DNA of 64,000 nt from Dehalococcoidia bacterium (GTDB lineage Bacteria; Chloroflexota; Dehalococcoidia; Bin125), in assembly GCA_963555985.3 (NCBI GenBank), contig OY820591.1, forward strand, positions 1,952,001-2,016,000, given 5' to 3'. How positions within the stretch are numbered: position 1 is the first letter of the stretch; each line of letters begins with the position of its first letter. This document shows, piece after piece, positions 37,067 to 47,575 of the stretch. The position numbers were made by a program, and so were the translations under genes. The notes under the pieces are model-generated. The model made no database searches, had not been told where the DNA came from, and saw only the letters and a list, made by a program, of their open reading frames with translations.

Positions 37067-37507
37067 TCACTTGGCATCAGGGAGTTCCGTGGTGGTCGTG
37101 ATCAGTGGGCTGCGAGCCAGACGGCGGTCGTGCGTCACGAGGGGCACATCAAGCAACAAGGCGGCCGCCGCGATCCAACCGTCCGCTGGGCCGACCAACG
37201 GCTCTTCGCCGCGCCGATTGCGCCGGATCGCAGCCGTTCGCACCCGTCGATAACATTCGCTGAGTTCAGGCGAGTGTTCGACCATGTAAATCTCACTGAG
37301 AACATCTTCAAGCTCCGCCGTGTCCCAAGCTTGGATCGCGCGCTGCACGGCGAGCTCGGCCACGGTCTGAAACGAGATCGCCAGCGAACGCTGATCGATG
37401 TGCCGTTGATAAGGCGCGTATTCGCTCGCTCGGTCTGGATCTCCAGCAAGCTGTGAGACGATGATGTTTGTGTCGACCACGAGATCGATCTCAATGGCGG
37501 TGTTCAT
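37067..37507 (-). CDS. PIN-domain (VapC-like) protein
   Basis: VVDTNII, TVAEL, ADGWIAAAA, LVTHD. Confidence 0.88.
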   Translation of the reverse strand: MNTAIEIDLVVDTNIIVSQLAGDPDRASEYAPYQRHIDQRSLAISFQTVAELAVQRAIQAWDTAELEDVLSEIYMVEHSPELSECYRRVRTAAIRRNRRGEEPLVGPADGWIAAAALLLDVPLVTHDRRLARSPLITTTTELPDAK

Positions 37508-38001
37508 TCGCTCTCCTGATCGGGGTCAAAGTCGCGCGATGTGCGCAGATATTCATCGAAATCGACATTGGGCAGCCGCTCATCGATCGTGCGCCAGCGG
37601 AACGGCTTGATGATCGGATCCGGCGGCTGATCCTCAGGCTGGACTTTTAGCCTCGATAGATCGAGCAACTGCACGGTTCCATGGGCATCGAGATGGGCTA
37701 AGCCGTCGGCGGAGATGAGTTTGCCGGCTGCGGCGAGCAGAGCCTCGGCATGTTCGGCCCGGAAGCGGAGCACGGCGAAATCATCAGGATTCTCCGGCGA
37801 TTGCAGCCACGCTGTACGGGCCAGGAGATCGATCTCGATCAAGCGCCCGTAGATCTCGCCGCCTTTGTGTTTCTTGCCCATCGGCGGCTCGACGCGGCGG
37901 CTGAGCTCGACGCATTCCGCGCCCTCCGGCAAAACGCGGCGAATGCGGGGAAGATCGGCGCGGGAGAGTCCGCTGATGCGCAAGGTGACGCCGTCGGCCA
38001 T
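37504..38001 (-). CDS. hypothetical protein, putative PIN partner
   Basis: ATG 38001 with AGGAG RBS; overlaps the PIN start; acidic C-terminus DFDEYLRTSRD. Confidence 0.6.
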   Translation of the reverse strand: MADGVTLRISGLSRADLPRIRRVLPEGAECVELSRRVEPPMGKKHKGGEIYGRLIEIDLLARTAWLQSPENPDDFAVLRFRAEHAEALLAAAGKLISADGLAHLDAHGTVQLLDLSRLKVQPEDQPPDPIIKPFRWRTIDERLPNVDFDEYLRTSRDFDPDQESE

Positions 38002-38042
38002 GGGAGACTCCTCGCGCCCAGCATAGGCAATTCGGCCTTGCG

Positions 38043-38252
38043 CTACTCGAAGAGGTCGCGGGGGAGGCCGGACTGTTCGATGATGCGATTCAGTGTGCTG
38101 GGCCTGAGTTCGCGGTGTCCAGGCACACTCACATTCTGTACCTGTCCATTGACGATGCCGCGAAACCGCATGTGGCTTCCGCGTTGCCGCAGGAAGACGA
38201 AACCGTGTCGTTCCAGGATTCGGACGACTTGACGCCACGACAGGACACGCAT
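38043..38252 (-). CDS. hicA: HicA toxin
   Basis: LERHGF...RQRGSH...VPGH. Confidence 0.9.
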   Translation of the reverse strand: MRVLSWRQVVRILERHGFVFLRQRGSHMRFRGIVNGQVQNVSVPGHRELRPSTLNRIIEQSGLPRDLFE

Positions 38253-38254
38253 GG

Positions 38255-38554
38255 TTAGCGAGCGATGACGAAGGGCAAATCTGCGTTGACGGTGATTGAG
38301 CCGATGTCGACCAATTCGCCGTCCTCGAAGACTTCCTCTTCAGAGATGTCGCTATTGGCGAAGTAGGCTCCGCTCAGGCGACCCTCGTACTCCTCTTGGC
38401 TCATATCTTCCAGAGTGAGTTCGACAGCCTCGATCAGCATCTCCCGCGCTTCATCAATCGTCTTGCCCTGGCTGGCGATTCTCAATTCGGGGCAATCAGA
38501 GACGAACCAGTCACCGTCTTGATAGATGTGAGCAGTGAGGGTCAGGCGTTGCAT
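38255..38554 (-). CDS. hicB: HicB antitoxin (short)
   Basis: CPEL...SQGKTIDEAREMLIEAVEL. Confidence 0.85.
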   Translation of the reverse strand: MQRLTLTAHIYQDGDWFVSDCPELRIASQGKTIDEAREMLIEAVELTLEDMSQEEYEGRLSGAYFANSDISEEEVFEDGELVDIGSITVNADLPFVIAR

Positions 38555-38676
38555 GGCGGCCTCCGATGGAGTGAGGGTATCAGGAGGGGGATTCTGATAT
38601 CAGGGGCAGGGTTCTCGGCGAGCGCTCTACGATCCAGGTAGCGATCGACTTGCGCTTTGATGGGGAGATTCAGATC

Positions 38677-40350
38677 ATGACCTACGAATTCGACCTTGGC
38701 ACATACAGCCGGACGATTACGACCTCTTCCTCTGAGGCGCAGCTCTGGTTTGACCGGGGGTTGATCTGGACCTACGGCTTCAACCATGACGAGGCGGTCT
38801 TCTGCTTTCAGCAGGCGGTCGAGGCCGATCCGGATTGCGCGATGGCTCATTGGGGGATCGCTTATGCGATTGGGCCGAACTACAACAAGCCGTGGGAGGC
38901 GTTCGGCAAGAAAGAGGTCGCGCGATCTCTGGCGACGGCGTTTGCGTCGGCGAAGCGGGCCTTGGCACTGGCGGACAACTGCACTGAGGCGGAGCGCGAG
39001 CTGATTGGGGCTTTGCAGCGTCGCTATCCGCAGGCGGAGCCGCTGGACGACATGATGGGTTGGGTTGACGACTACGCGGATGCCATGCGCGCGGTCTATC
39101 GGGAGCACTCGGACGACGCGGATATCGCGTCGCTGTTTGCCGAGGCGATGATGAACCGGACTCCGTGGTCGCTGTGGAATCTCGACTCAGGCGAGCCGGC
39201 TGAGGGGGCTGACACCGTTGAGGCGCGCGGGGTGCTTGAGGGCGCGATGGCGCACATTGCTCATTGCGGGGAGGCTCCGCATCCGGGTGTTCTGCATATG
39301 TACATCCACCTGATGGAGATGTCGCCGTTTCCGGAGCAGGCGCTGCTGGCGGCGGATCAGTTGCGGGGGATTGCGCCTCACTCCGGGCACTTGCAGCACA
39401 TGGCGACTCATATCGATGTGCTCTGCGGGGACTATCTGAACGTGATCAACTGGAATGAGCGGGCGATCCAGGCCGACCGTCCCTACCTGGAGGCTCGCGG
39501 GCCGTTCAACTTCTACACGATGTACCGCAGCCACAACTATCACTTCAAGATCTACGGGGCGATGTTCCTCGGTCAGTACGGGCCGGCGATTGAGACGGCG
39601 CGGGAGCTGCGGGCGGTGATCCCGGAGGAGTTGCTGCGGATGGAGTCGCCGAACATGGCGGACTGGCTTGAGGCGTTTGCGGCGATCGAGCAGCATGTGT
39701 TAGTGCGCTTCGGCAAGTGGGAGGAGATCCTCGAACAGGAGCTGCCAGAGGATCGCGAGTTGTATTGCGTGACTACGGCGACGATGCGCTATGCACGGGC
39801 GATCGCGCTGGCGACGCTGGGCCGGACCGATGAGGCGGCGGCTGAGGCGGAGGCGTTTGAGCGGGCGTACGCGCTGGTGCCCGAGACGCGCTATCAGTTC
39901 AACAATCCCTGCCGCGACATCCTGGCGATCGCGCAGGAGATGATGCGGGGGGAGATCGCGTACCGGCAGGGTGAGTTCGAGGCGGCCTTCGCGCATCTGC
40001 ACCACGCAGTGGAGCTGGACGACGAGCTGCACTACGACGAGCCGTGGGGCTGGATGCAGCCGGTGCGCCATGCGCTGGGGGCGCTGCTGCTGGAGCAGGA
40101 GCGGGTGGCGGAGGCGCTGGACGTGTACCGGGCCGACCTTGGCTATGACGCGGCGGTCAGCCGGCCGCGGCAGCACCTGGACAACGTCTGGAGCCTGAGC
40201 GGGTACGTGGAGTGTCTGGAGCGGACTGGTCAGGATGAGTTGGCGCAAGTTGCCAGGCAACGGCTCCACCTCGCCCAGGCGAGAGCCGACGTTCAGGTCC
40301 AGGCCTCCTGCTTCTGCCGCCTCGACATCGGGGAAGCATGCTGCGACTAG
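38677..40350 (+). CDS. TPR-repeat protein
   Basis: AQLWFDRGL...GFNHDEA...DPDCAMAHWGIAYAIGPNYN, HMYIHLME, HLQHMATHI. Confidence 0.85.
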   Translation: MTYEFDLGTYSRTITTSSSEAQLWFDRGLIWTYGFNHDEAVFCFQQAVEADPDCAMAHWGIAYAIGPNYNKPWEAFGKKEVARSLATAFASAKRALALADNCTEAERELIGALQRRYPQAEPLDDMMGWVDDYADAMRAVYREHSDDADIASLFAEAMMNRTPWSLWNLDSGEPAEGADTVEARGVLEGAMAHIAHCGEAPHPGVLHMYIHLMEMSPFPEQALLAADQLRGIAPHSGHLQHMATHIDVLCGDYLNVINWNERAIQADRPYLEARGPFNFYTMYRSHNYHFKIYGAMFLGQYGPAIETARELRAVIPEELLRMESPNMADWLEAFAAIEQHVLVRFGKWEEILEQELPEDRELYCVTTATMRYARAIALATLGRTDEAAAEAEAFERAYALVPETRYQFNNPCRDILAIAQEMMRGEIAYRQGEFEAAFAHLHHAVELDDELHYDEPWGWMQPVRHALGALLLEQERVAEALDVYRADLGYDAAVSRPRQHLDNVWSLSGYVECLERTGQDELAQVARQRLHLAQARADVQVQASCFCRLDIGEACCD

Positions 40351-40374
40351 TCAGGCCGGAGGAAACGACCGGCG

Positions 40375-40584
40375 CTACTCGAATAGGTCGCGGGGGAGGC
40401 CGGATTGCTTGATGATTGTCTCGATCGTCTTCGGAGGGATGTTTCGGTGCTGGGGCACGGTGACGTATCGCGTTCTACCGTCAACGACTCCGCGAAATCT
40501 GCGGTGGCTGCCGCGTTGTCTGATCCGAACGAAGCCGTGGCGTTCGAGAATCCGGTTGATCTCCCGCGCCGTCAGGACTCGCAT
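40375..40584 (-). CDS. hicA: HicA toxin
   Basis: LERHGF...RQRGSH...VPQH. Confidence 0.9.
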   Translation of the reverse strand: MRVLTAREINRILERHGFVRIRQRGSHRRFRGVVDGRTRYVTVPQHRNIPPKTIETIIKQSGLPRDLFE

Positions 40585-40586
40585 CG

Positions 40587-40886
40587 TCAGTGGGCCGCCG
40601 CGAACGGGAGGTCCGCATCCACCTCGATCTCGCTGGATTCGACCAAGACCGACTGGGCGAACGCTTCGTCGTCCTCCGGGATATCGCTCTGCGCCGACAT
40701 CTCACCGCTGACTCGGAATTGGTACTCCTCGGGCGTGATGTCCTCCAGGGTCAGCTCCACGGCCTCGATCAGCATCTCGCGCGCCTCATCGATCGTGTCC
40801 CCGCAACTGGCGACCACCAACTCCGGGCAGACGGAGGCGTAGCCGTCCGCTTCCCGATAGATTTCCGCGGTGTAGCGAAGCGTCAT
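40587..40886 (-). CDS. hicB: HicB antitoxin (short)
   Basis: CPEL...CGDTIDEAREMLIEAVEL. Confidence 0.85.
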   Translation of the reverse strand: MTLRYTAEIYREADGYASVCPELVVASCGDTIDEAREMLIEAVELTLEDITPEEYQFRVSGEMSAQSDIPEDDEAFAQSVLVESSEIEVDADLPFAAAH

Positions 40887-40936
40887 GGCTGCCTCCCAAG
40901 CGTCAGGCTATCAGGATGGAGATCGCCGCCCAGACG

Positions 40937-41236
40937 TCAGCGGGCGAGGACGAAGGGTAGGTCGGCGTTGACCGTAATCGAGCACTGCTCGACGAATTCG
41001 CAGCCTTCGAGGATTTCCTCTTCGGTGAAGGCGCTATTGGCGAAGTAGGCGCCGCTCAGACGGTCCTCGTATTGCTTCTGGTCCATGTCTTCCAGAGTCA
41101 GCTCCACAGCCTCGATCAGCATCTCCTGCGCGTGCTCAATCGTCTCGCCCTGGCTGCCGATTCCCAATTCTGAGCAGCGCGAGATGTACCAGCCGTCCTG
41201 CAAGTAGATATCCGCGGTGAGCGTCAGACGTTGCAT
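40937..41236 (-). CDS. hicB: HicB antitoxin (short, extra copy)
   Basis: SQGETIEHAQEMLIEAVEL; close paralog of 38255-38554. Confidence 0.85.
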   Translation of the reverse strand: MQRLTLTADIYLQDGWYISRCSELGIGSQGETIEHAQEMLIEAVELTLEDMDQKQYEDRLSGAYFANSAFTEEEILEGCEFVEQCSITVNADLPFVLAR

Positions 41237-41262
41237 GGCAATCTCCCTGGGGGCCCAGCCTA

Positions 41263-44200
41263 TCAAGACGCCGACTCCGAGATCACCGCCGCCGTATCTC
41301 CGGCCGCCAGCGCCCGGTACTGACCCAGCACCAGCTGTTTAGTCAGGTAGTGCCCGAACTCTCGGCGTTCATTCTTTTCGAGCACGGGGAACTGGTCGAG
41401 GATGTAGCCGGCGTCGTCTTTGTTGAGGCCGTAGAGGTGGAAGTAGAGGGCGTCGAGGCGGGATCGGAGTTGGCGGCGCTCCGCAACGTTCCAGATGTAA
41501 GGGTCGCCTTCGTAGCCGAGGTCGCGGGCGAAGGGAGTGAGATCATGGGCAGTGTAGGTGAGTTCGAGGACGTGGGTACGGACCAACTCGCGGGCGGTTC
41601 GGTTGCCGAAGGCGCGGTCGTAGTCGGCGGGGGTGATCATGGGGAGTTGCTCGATGGCATATTTCTTCACGTGTGTGCCAGGTATTTTGCGCCCAGCGAT
41701 ATAATCCACAGCCATCGAATTGAGGTTGGCCACTACGCACGCAGCTGATTGCGCGTCCAATCCTCCGTCATCCAACAACAATCCTACTGTATCACCGATA
41801 GCCGCATTCGGCAGGATCGTCGAGATGATCAGACGTTCGTTCGTGGCAGCGGATATATCGCGGAAACCGATGGCCCAGGCGTGATCACTTCGGCGCCTGT
41901 CAGTGACCTCAGTCAAAGGCACCCAGTGTCGAGGTTGAGCAAAGTACTTGGTGTTCGCGTGTTGTTCCGCAGTTGTTTTCACACTGACATATGGTCGCTT
42001 TGTGTTCTTTGGATTGAACGAGATCGAGTTCGCTCGGTGGTCGTACTGGTCGATCATCCGTCCTTGATACAGAGGTAACCACGTGGTCGCGCCCATTCTG
42101 AACCAATTTGGCTCCACTCTGTACGCTCCGTTGCGGTCCAACGCTTCAGAGGTCACGAACAGGTCCGCATCCCGCTTAGAATGGAACAAGCCCTGACGGT
42201 ACTTCAAGGGCCACATACGCTCGATTCTGCCATCAACAGCCGTGACAAGCGGCTTGTACCGTTCATAGATCGATGCAATTAGTTCGGCGTCTTTGCGAAT
42301 GCGGAACTGGGGAAGTTGACTTGTGTTCGGATTAATCGCTAAAAGTGATGCGCCTGATACTGAGAACGCTCGATTAGCGCTCTGAACGTCGTCTGTGCTA
42401 GTGAGCATGAAACCGAATCGAGAGTGACTGAATTCTCGGTCGATGCCGCCTACTACTAGCGCGCAGAATCGCTGCTGCGGATGAACGTCGGGAAACCACT
42501 TGGATGGTGTTTCGTCTTCTACGCCACTCGGCACTCGATCACTGTTCTCGAAGTCGAAAACGGCGAGAAGTCGTGACTCGCTAACGACGTGGCTGACATA
42601 GGCGGAAGCCAATTTCCCAGCATACACACCTGATGGGACCAGTAGACCGAATATCCCGTTGGGAGCGAGAAGATCACTTGCTCGGTCTACGAATAGACCA
42701 TACAGATTGATATCGCCGCGCCCAAAGTAGGGATACTCTGATGCAGATCGAAATAGGTCTAGAGTGTGCTTGGTCCGGTCGATTGCAGTTGCGAATTCGC
42801 TGTATAGCGGGTGATCGGACTCTCGATAGGCGTCAATCAATTTGTCCCTATCGACGGTTGACTCAGCTAACGCGACTCGTTCGTCCCGAGGCTCCCACCA
42901 TTCGATCTCGTCGATCTTGAGTTGCTCCCAGGGCGGATTGCCGATCACGGCGTCGAAGCCGCCTGCCGACATCACTTCGGGGAAGGTGAGTTCCCAATGC
43001 AAGATTCGTTCGCGTTCGACGATCGCGTTGGCGGCGTCGCGGATCTCGCGGTACTCGGGCGTCGTCGGCGTTCGCCCGGGGCGATTCTCGCCGCCCAATA
43101 GCACTGCGATTGAACGACCCGGATCACCTCTGAGGATTTCTTTGAGCGGGGCGTGAAAGGCGGTACGCTCGCGCCGTTTCATGCCGGCCGAGAGCCAGCG
43201 CAGTCCGGCGACCAGGTTGAGCGGCGTGTGCTGACCGCCCTGCCGAAAGCCGGCATCCTCGACCAGGGCGCGAGATTCCTGAATCTCCTCCAGCGTCAGA
43301 TCGAGCAGCGCATCGTGCTTTCGCGCAAAGCCGGCCGCTTCCTCGATGTACAGCTCGAAGCGCTGATTCAGCGGATACGGTCCCCACTCGTTGATGTAGG
43401 CCCGCGCCTGCTCGCCGCGAATGCCGAGCAGCGAGTCGCCTTCAACGATGCGGTGTTCGAGGTAGGGCAGGGGCAATTCACCGGTGAAGGTGTGCAGCCA
43501 GAGCGCGACGCGGGCGAGTTCGACCGCCATCGGGTTCTTGTCCACGCCGTAGATGCAGCGCTTGAGCACCATCCGCTGCAACAGCGTGCGCTCGTCCAGA
43601 CCGGCGTGGGCGTCCTGCAACTCCCACAGCTGTTCGCGCACCGGCGAGACGTAGCCGTGGCGTTCTTCCCACTCGCGGTTGACGAGCGTCACCAGTCGCT
43701 CGGCCAGCCAGTCGATCGCGGTAATCAGGAAATGCCCCGAACCCATCGCCGGATCCAGCACTCGCAGCCGCAGCACCGCCTCGGCCGGATCATTCGCCTC
43801 GCTCGGATCGGCGCGAAACGCCTCCACTCGCTCCTCAACCAGCGGCCCCAGCGTTTGCTCCACAATCAGGTCGACCAGCTCCTGCGGGGTGTAGTAGGAG
43901 CCGGAATCTTTGCGCGCGTAGGGCGAGAGCGCCATGTCCGGCTGCCCGTCCTCGTCGCGCCGAGGGACGCGCTCCAGCAGTCGTTCGTAGATGCTGCCCA
44001 ACTGTTGGACTTCGAGGTTGCGGTAGGAGACGTAGGTTCCGTTGGCCGTGTGGCTGAGGTCGTAGATGATCGGCGCCAGCTCCGCGTCGGATAATTCGAT
44101 CTCGTCGAGGATTGCGTGACTGTCGGCGAACAGTCCGCCGTTGTACGCGGTCAGCCCGAGGTCCGGTTCGCCCTGATCGATGATTGCGCGAAGGTCCTGG

Positions 44201-45225
44201 AGGTGCCGCCAGTAGCGTGTGGAACGGGTGGAGAACTGGGCTTGCCCGGACTGCTCGGCGACCGGATCGCGAACGCCGTAGCGCAGGCTCAGTGGTCGGT
44301 AGTTCGGATCCTCGGTGTTGAGCATCCCTCGGTCTTCGCCGTAGTAGATGAAGAGCAGGCGGTAGAGGAAGAGCAGCGCCGCGCGTGCGATGGCCTCGCT
44401 CTGCGCCTCCGGCTGTTTCTGCCAGAAGAGCCGCACGATCTGCGGGTAGACGTCCTTGAAGATCACGTCGGAGAGGTCGTCGGCGAGATCCGCGTCGCGT
44501 CGGCGTCCCTGTTCGAGCAAGCGATCGAGGAGGGATTCGCGCTCGCCTTCCGCCGGGAGCCAAGAGTCGCGGCGCAGCAAGAGGTAGGCGGTGCGCAGTC
44601 GGTGGTTGTCGTCTTCTTCGAGCACCTGGCTGAACAGGTCTGTGGAGACCAGCAACGAGGCCAGGTCAATCTCCCACGTGCGCTCGCGCGGACGTGTGCG
44701 GTAGGAATACAGCCGCCAGCGCGCGCCGTTCGTCAATATGCCCCAGCGCAAGGATTCGTCTGAGTCAGTCCCTCCGAGCAGCAGATACCTCTGAATCTGT
44801 TGAGCGGCCGTCTCGCTCGGCCGGCCACCGCCCGTGCCGGCGGCGTCGAAATCTCGCTGCCAGCTCTTGCACTCGACGATTCCCGTCGCGCCCAACACTT
44901 GCTCGCGCTCGGACTCGCCCAGGAGTTGTTCCATCAGGTCAGGGTCGGCGAACAGCGCGAGATCAACCTCGTCACGGCTGGTCAGCGAGCGACTAGGCAG
45001 GCGTGAATGCCAGCCGAGAGCGTCGAGGATGGGAGCGATGACACGCTCAATGGTGATCGCCTCGTCGGGCCTACGGATTCCCTGCATTCCGCTCAGGGCG
45101 GCGCGGGCGGCGGCGAGGAAGTTGTCGAAGTCGGAGGGATCCTCGATCAGTGCCTTGTACTCCGGCAATTCGCGGATATCCGCCTCCAGAAAGGCGTCGG
45201 ACCAGATCGGGATCGAGAGTGCCAT
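41263..45225 (-). CDS. type IIG (Eco57I-like) restriction-modification enzyme
   Basis: VD...ECK nuclease motif, ILTNG, GSYYTP, DPAMGSGHFL, IYGVD, GNPPW, C-terminal TRD. Confidence 0.9.
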   Translation of the reverse strand: MALSIPIWSDAFLEADIRELPEYKALIEDPSDFDNFLAAARAALSGMQGIRRPDEAITIERVIAPILDALGWHSRLPSRSLTSRDEVDLALFADPDLMEQLLGESEREQVLGATGIVECKSWQRDFDAAGTGGGRPSETAAQQIQRYLLLGGTDSDESLRWGILTNGARWRLYSYRTRPRERTWEIDLASLLVSTDLFSQVLEEDDNHRLRTAYLLLRRDSWLPAEGERESLLDRLLEQGRRRDADLADDLSDVIFKDVYPQIVRLFWQKQPEAQSEAIARAALLFLYRLLFIYYGEDRGMLNTEDPNYRPLSLRYGVRDPVAEQSGQAQFSTRSTRYWRHLQDLRAIIDQGEPDLGLTAYNGGLFADSHAILDEIELSDAELAPIIYDLSHTANGTYVSYRNLEVQQLGSIYERLLERVPRRDEDGQPDMALSPYARKDSGSYYTPQELVDLIVEQTLGPLVEERVEAFRADPSEANDPAEAVLRLRVLDPAMGSGHFLITAIDWLAERLVTLVNREWEERHGYVSPVREQLWELQDAHAGLDERTLLQRMVLKRCIYGVDKNPMAVELARVALWLHTFTGELPLPYLEHRIVEGDSLLGIRGEQARAYINEWGPYPLNQRFELYIEEAAGFARKHDALLDLTLEEIQESRALVEDAGFRQGGQHTPLNLVAGLRWLSAGMKRRERTAFHAPLKEILRGDPGRSIAVLLGGENRPGRTPTTPEYREIRDAANAIVERERILHWELTFPEVMSAGGFDAVIGNPPWEQLKIDEIEWWEPRDERVALAESTVDRDKLIDAYRESDHPLYSEFATAIDRTKHTLDLFRSASEYPYFGRGDINLYGLFVDRASDLLAPNGIFGLLVPSGVYAGKLASAYVSHVVSESRLLAVFDFENSDRVPSGVEDETPSKWFPDVHPQQRFCALVVGGIDREFSHSRFGFMLTSTDDVQSANRAFSVSGASLLAINPNTSQLPQFRIRKDAELIASIYERYKPLVTAVDGRIERMWPLKYRQGLFHSKRDADLFVTSEALDRNGAYRVEPNWFRMGATTWLPLYQGRMIDQYDHRANSISFNPKNTKRPYVSVKTTAEQHANTKYFAQPRHWVPLTEVTDRRRSDHAWAIGFRDISAATNERLIISTILPNAAIGDTVGLLLDDGGLDAQSAACVVANLNSMAVDYIAGRKIPGTHVKKYAIEQLPMITPADYDRAFGNRTARELVRTHVLELTYTAHDLTPFARDLGYEGDPYIWNVAERRQLRSRLDALYFHLYGLNKDDAGYILDQFPVLEKNERREFGHYLTKQLVLGQYRALAAGDTAAVISESAS

Positions 45226-45234
45226 GCTCCCACT

Positions 45235-46455
45235 CTACCCACCAAGCCACGCCCGCTCTGCTATCCCTGCGATCTCTTCGCCGATGAGGAGGGAGGCGGT
45301 GGCGCCGGGGCTGGGGGCGTTGAGGATGTGGATCATGCGGTCTTGATGGGCGATTTCGAAGTCGTCGGCGAGCGAACCGTCACGGCGGAGGGCTTGGGCG
45401 CGGACGCCGGCTCCGCCGCGGACGAGTTGGCGGGGTTCGAGGTTGGGCATGAGGCGTTGGAGGGCTTTGACAAAGGCAGTCTTGTTGGCGCTGCGCCAGA
45501 CTTCGCCGAGTCCGGTTTGCCAGTGCTCGCGGGCAAGGCGGAGAAAGCCGGGCCAAGTGAGGGATTCGGCCGCATCCCGCAGCGACACATCGCGCCAGCG
45601 ATAGCCCTCCCGCTTCAGCGCCAGCACCGCGTTCGGCCCGGCCTCGACCGAGCCGTCCAGCCGCCGCGTGAAATGCACCCCCAGAAACGGAAACGCCGGA
45701 TCCGGTACCGGATAAATCAGGTTCCGCAGCATCCCCCTCGCCGACGGCGCCAGCTCGTAGTACTCCCCCCGAAACGGCACGATCCGCAGCTCCCGCGTCT
45801 CCGCCGCACCCGCCGCGCGCGCGATCCGATCCGCCTGCAAACCCGCGCAGTTGACCACATAGCGCGCGCGAACCTCACCCCTCGTCGTCGCCAGCCGCAC
45901 CCCATCCGCATCGACCCGAACCCCCGACACCCGCGAGCGCAGCCGCACCGATCCGCCCGCACACTCCAGCAGCTCCCGATACTTCTCGCACACGCCCCGA
46001 TAGTCGGCGATTCCCGTCGAGGGAATGTGCAACGCCCGCACCCCGGCCGCGTTCGGTTCGAACTCGCGCAGTTCGTCCGGCCCAAGCTCGCGGATATCCG
46101 GCACACCGTTCGCGTCCCCCCGGCGATGCAGTTCCCGCATCCGCTCCAGCTCAGACTCCTGCGTCGCCACCACCACCTTCCCGCAGCGCTCCGCTCCAAT
46201 CCCGTGCTCCGCGCAAAAGGCGTACATCCGCTCCGCCCCCGCCACCGCCATCCGAGCCTTCGCCGAGCCGGGCCGGTAGTACAACCCGGAGTGAATCACC
46301 CCCGAATTATTCCCGCTCTGGTGCCGCCCAACGCCCGCTTCCTGTTCGAGCGCCAGCACCCGCAGCCCCTCCTGCCGAGTTGTCAGCGCCATCGCCGCGG
46401 AGAGGCCGAGAATCCCCGCGCCGATCACGGCGATGTCGGCGTCATGCTCAGCCAC
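45235..46455 (-). CDS. lhgO: L-2-hydroxyglutarate oxidase
   Basis: GAGILG, HQSGNNSGVIHSGLYY, PFLGVHFT, NAPSPGATASL. Confidence 0.92.
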   Translation of the reverse strand: MAEHDADIAVIGAGILGLSAAMALTTRQEGLRVLALEQEAGVGRHQSGNNSGVIHSGLYYRPGSAKARMAVAGAERMYAFCAEHGIGAERCGKVVVATQESELERMRELHRRGDANGVPDIRELGPDELREFEPNAAGVRALHIPSTGIADYRGVCEKYRELLECAGGSVRLRSRVSGVRVDADGVRLATTRGEVRARYVVNCAGLQADRIARAAGAAETRELRIVPFRGEYYELAPSARGMLRNLIYPVPDPAFPFLGVHFTRRLDGSVEAGPNAVLALKREGYRWRDVSLRDAAESLTWPGFLRLAREHWQTGLGEVWRSANKTAFVKALQRLMPNLEPRQLVRGGAGVRAQALRRDGSLADDFEIAHQDRMIHILNAPSPGATASLLIGEEIAGIAERAWLGG

Positions 46456-47533
46456 GCGGCGTCTCCGGGGCGGAGACGATCAGCCGCCCGCCTTCGGCTG
46501 TGCCGGTCACCTTAGCCACCGGCGCGGCTGCGACTCCGCGAGCATTGAGGTCGTGGAGGAGATGTGCCGATTCGACGATTCCTGCGGCGATCAGGAGACC
46601 GCCGGAGGTTTGGGGGTCGTAGAGCAGCGCTTCCTCGAAGGCGGTCAGTTCGCGCGGGCTGGAGAGTCTGGCGCCGTAGTAGTCGCGGTTGCGGCTCTGT
46701 CCGCCGCTGCCGAATCCGGCGGCGACGGCTTCTTGCAGACCGCCGAGCGCGGGGACTGCGCCGAGCTCGATGCTGAGTTCCGCGCCGCTGAGCTCGGCCA
46801 TTTCGTGCAGGTGTCCGGCGAGTCCGAAGCCGGTCACGTCGGCGATGGCGTGAACCCCGTCGATCGCGGAGGCCTCGGCTGCCTGGCGGTTGAGCGTCAT
46901 CATCTGCTCGACGGCTGCGCGCCAGTGGTCGGCGGAGACCGCGCCTTGCTGGTTGGCTCCGATCAGGACGCCGGTACCGATCGCTTTGGTGAGGATGATC
47001 GTGTCGCCCGGGAGCGCGCCGCCAGTGGTGCGGATGCGCTCGCGCGGGACTTCGCCGGTGACGGCGAGGCCGTACTTGGGTTCCTCATCGATGATCGTGT
47101 GTCCGCCGGCGATGACCGCGCCCGCTTCGCGCACTTTGTCGGCGCCGCCGCGCAAGACATCGGCGATCACGTCAGGTGGGAGGTCTTCGGGGAAGGCGGC
47201 GATGTTGAGGGCGAAGAGGACGCGTCCGCCCATCGCGTAAACATCGGACATCGCATTGGCGGCGGCGATAGCGCCGAATTGGTAGGGGTCGTCCACCAGG
47301 GGTGCGAAGAAGTCGAGGGTCTGGACGAGCGCGCGTTCGTCGTCGAGGGCGTAGACGGCGGCGTCGTCGGGGCGATCGAGTCCGACGAGCAATTGAGGGT
47401 GCTCGCTAGGGGGGAACTGGGGTCCGAGATGGCGCAGCACGTGCGCCAGGCCTTCGGGGCCGAACTTGGAGCCTCAACCGCCGCAGCGGGCGAGGTCGGT
47501 GAGGCGCACGGTGCGGTTGTCGCGTTGGGACAT
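46448..47533 (-). CDS. selD: selenide,water dikinase, Sec-containing (U20, UGA 47476-47474)
   Basis: MSQRDNRTVRLTDLARCGG-TGA-GSKFG in frame with DDAAV, TLDFF, ANAMSDVYAMGG, DVTGFGL, DPQTSGGLL. Confidence 0.93.
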
Positions 47534-47575
47534 GGCTGTTCTCGGTGTTGGTTGCCGTTGCGGGCAGGCTCAAGC

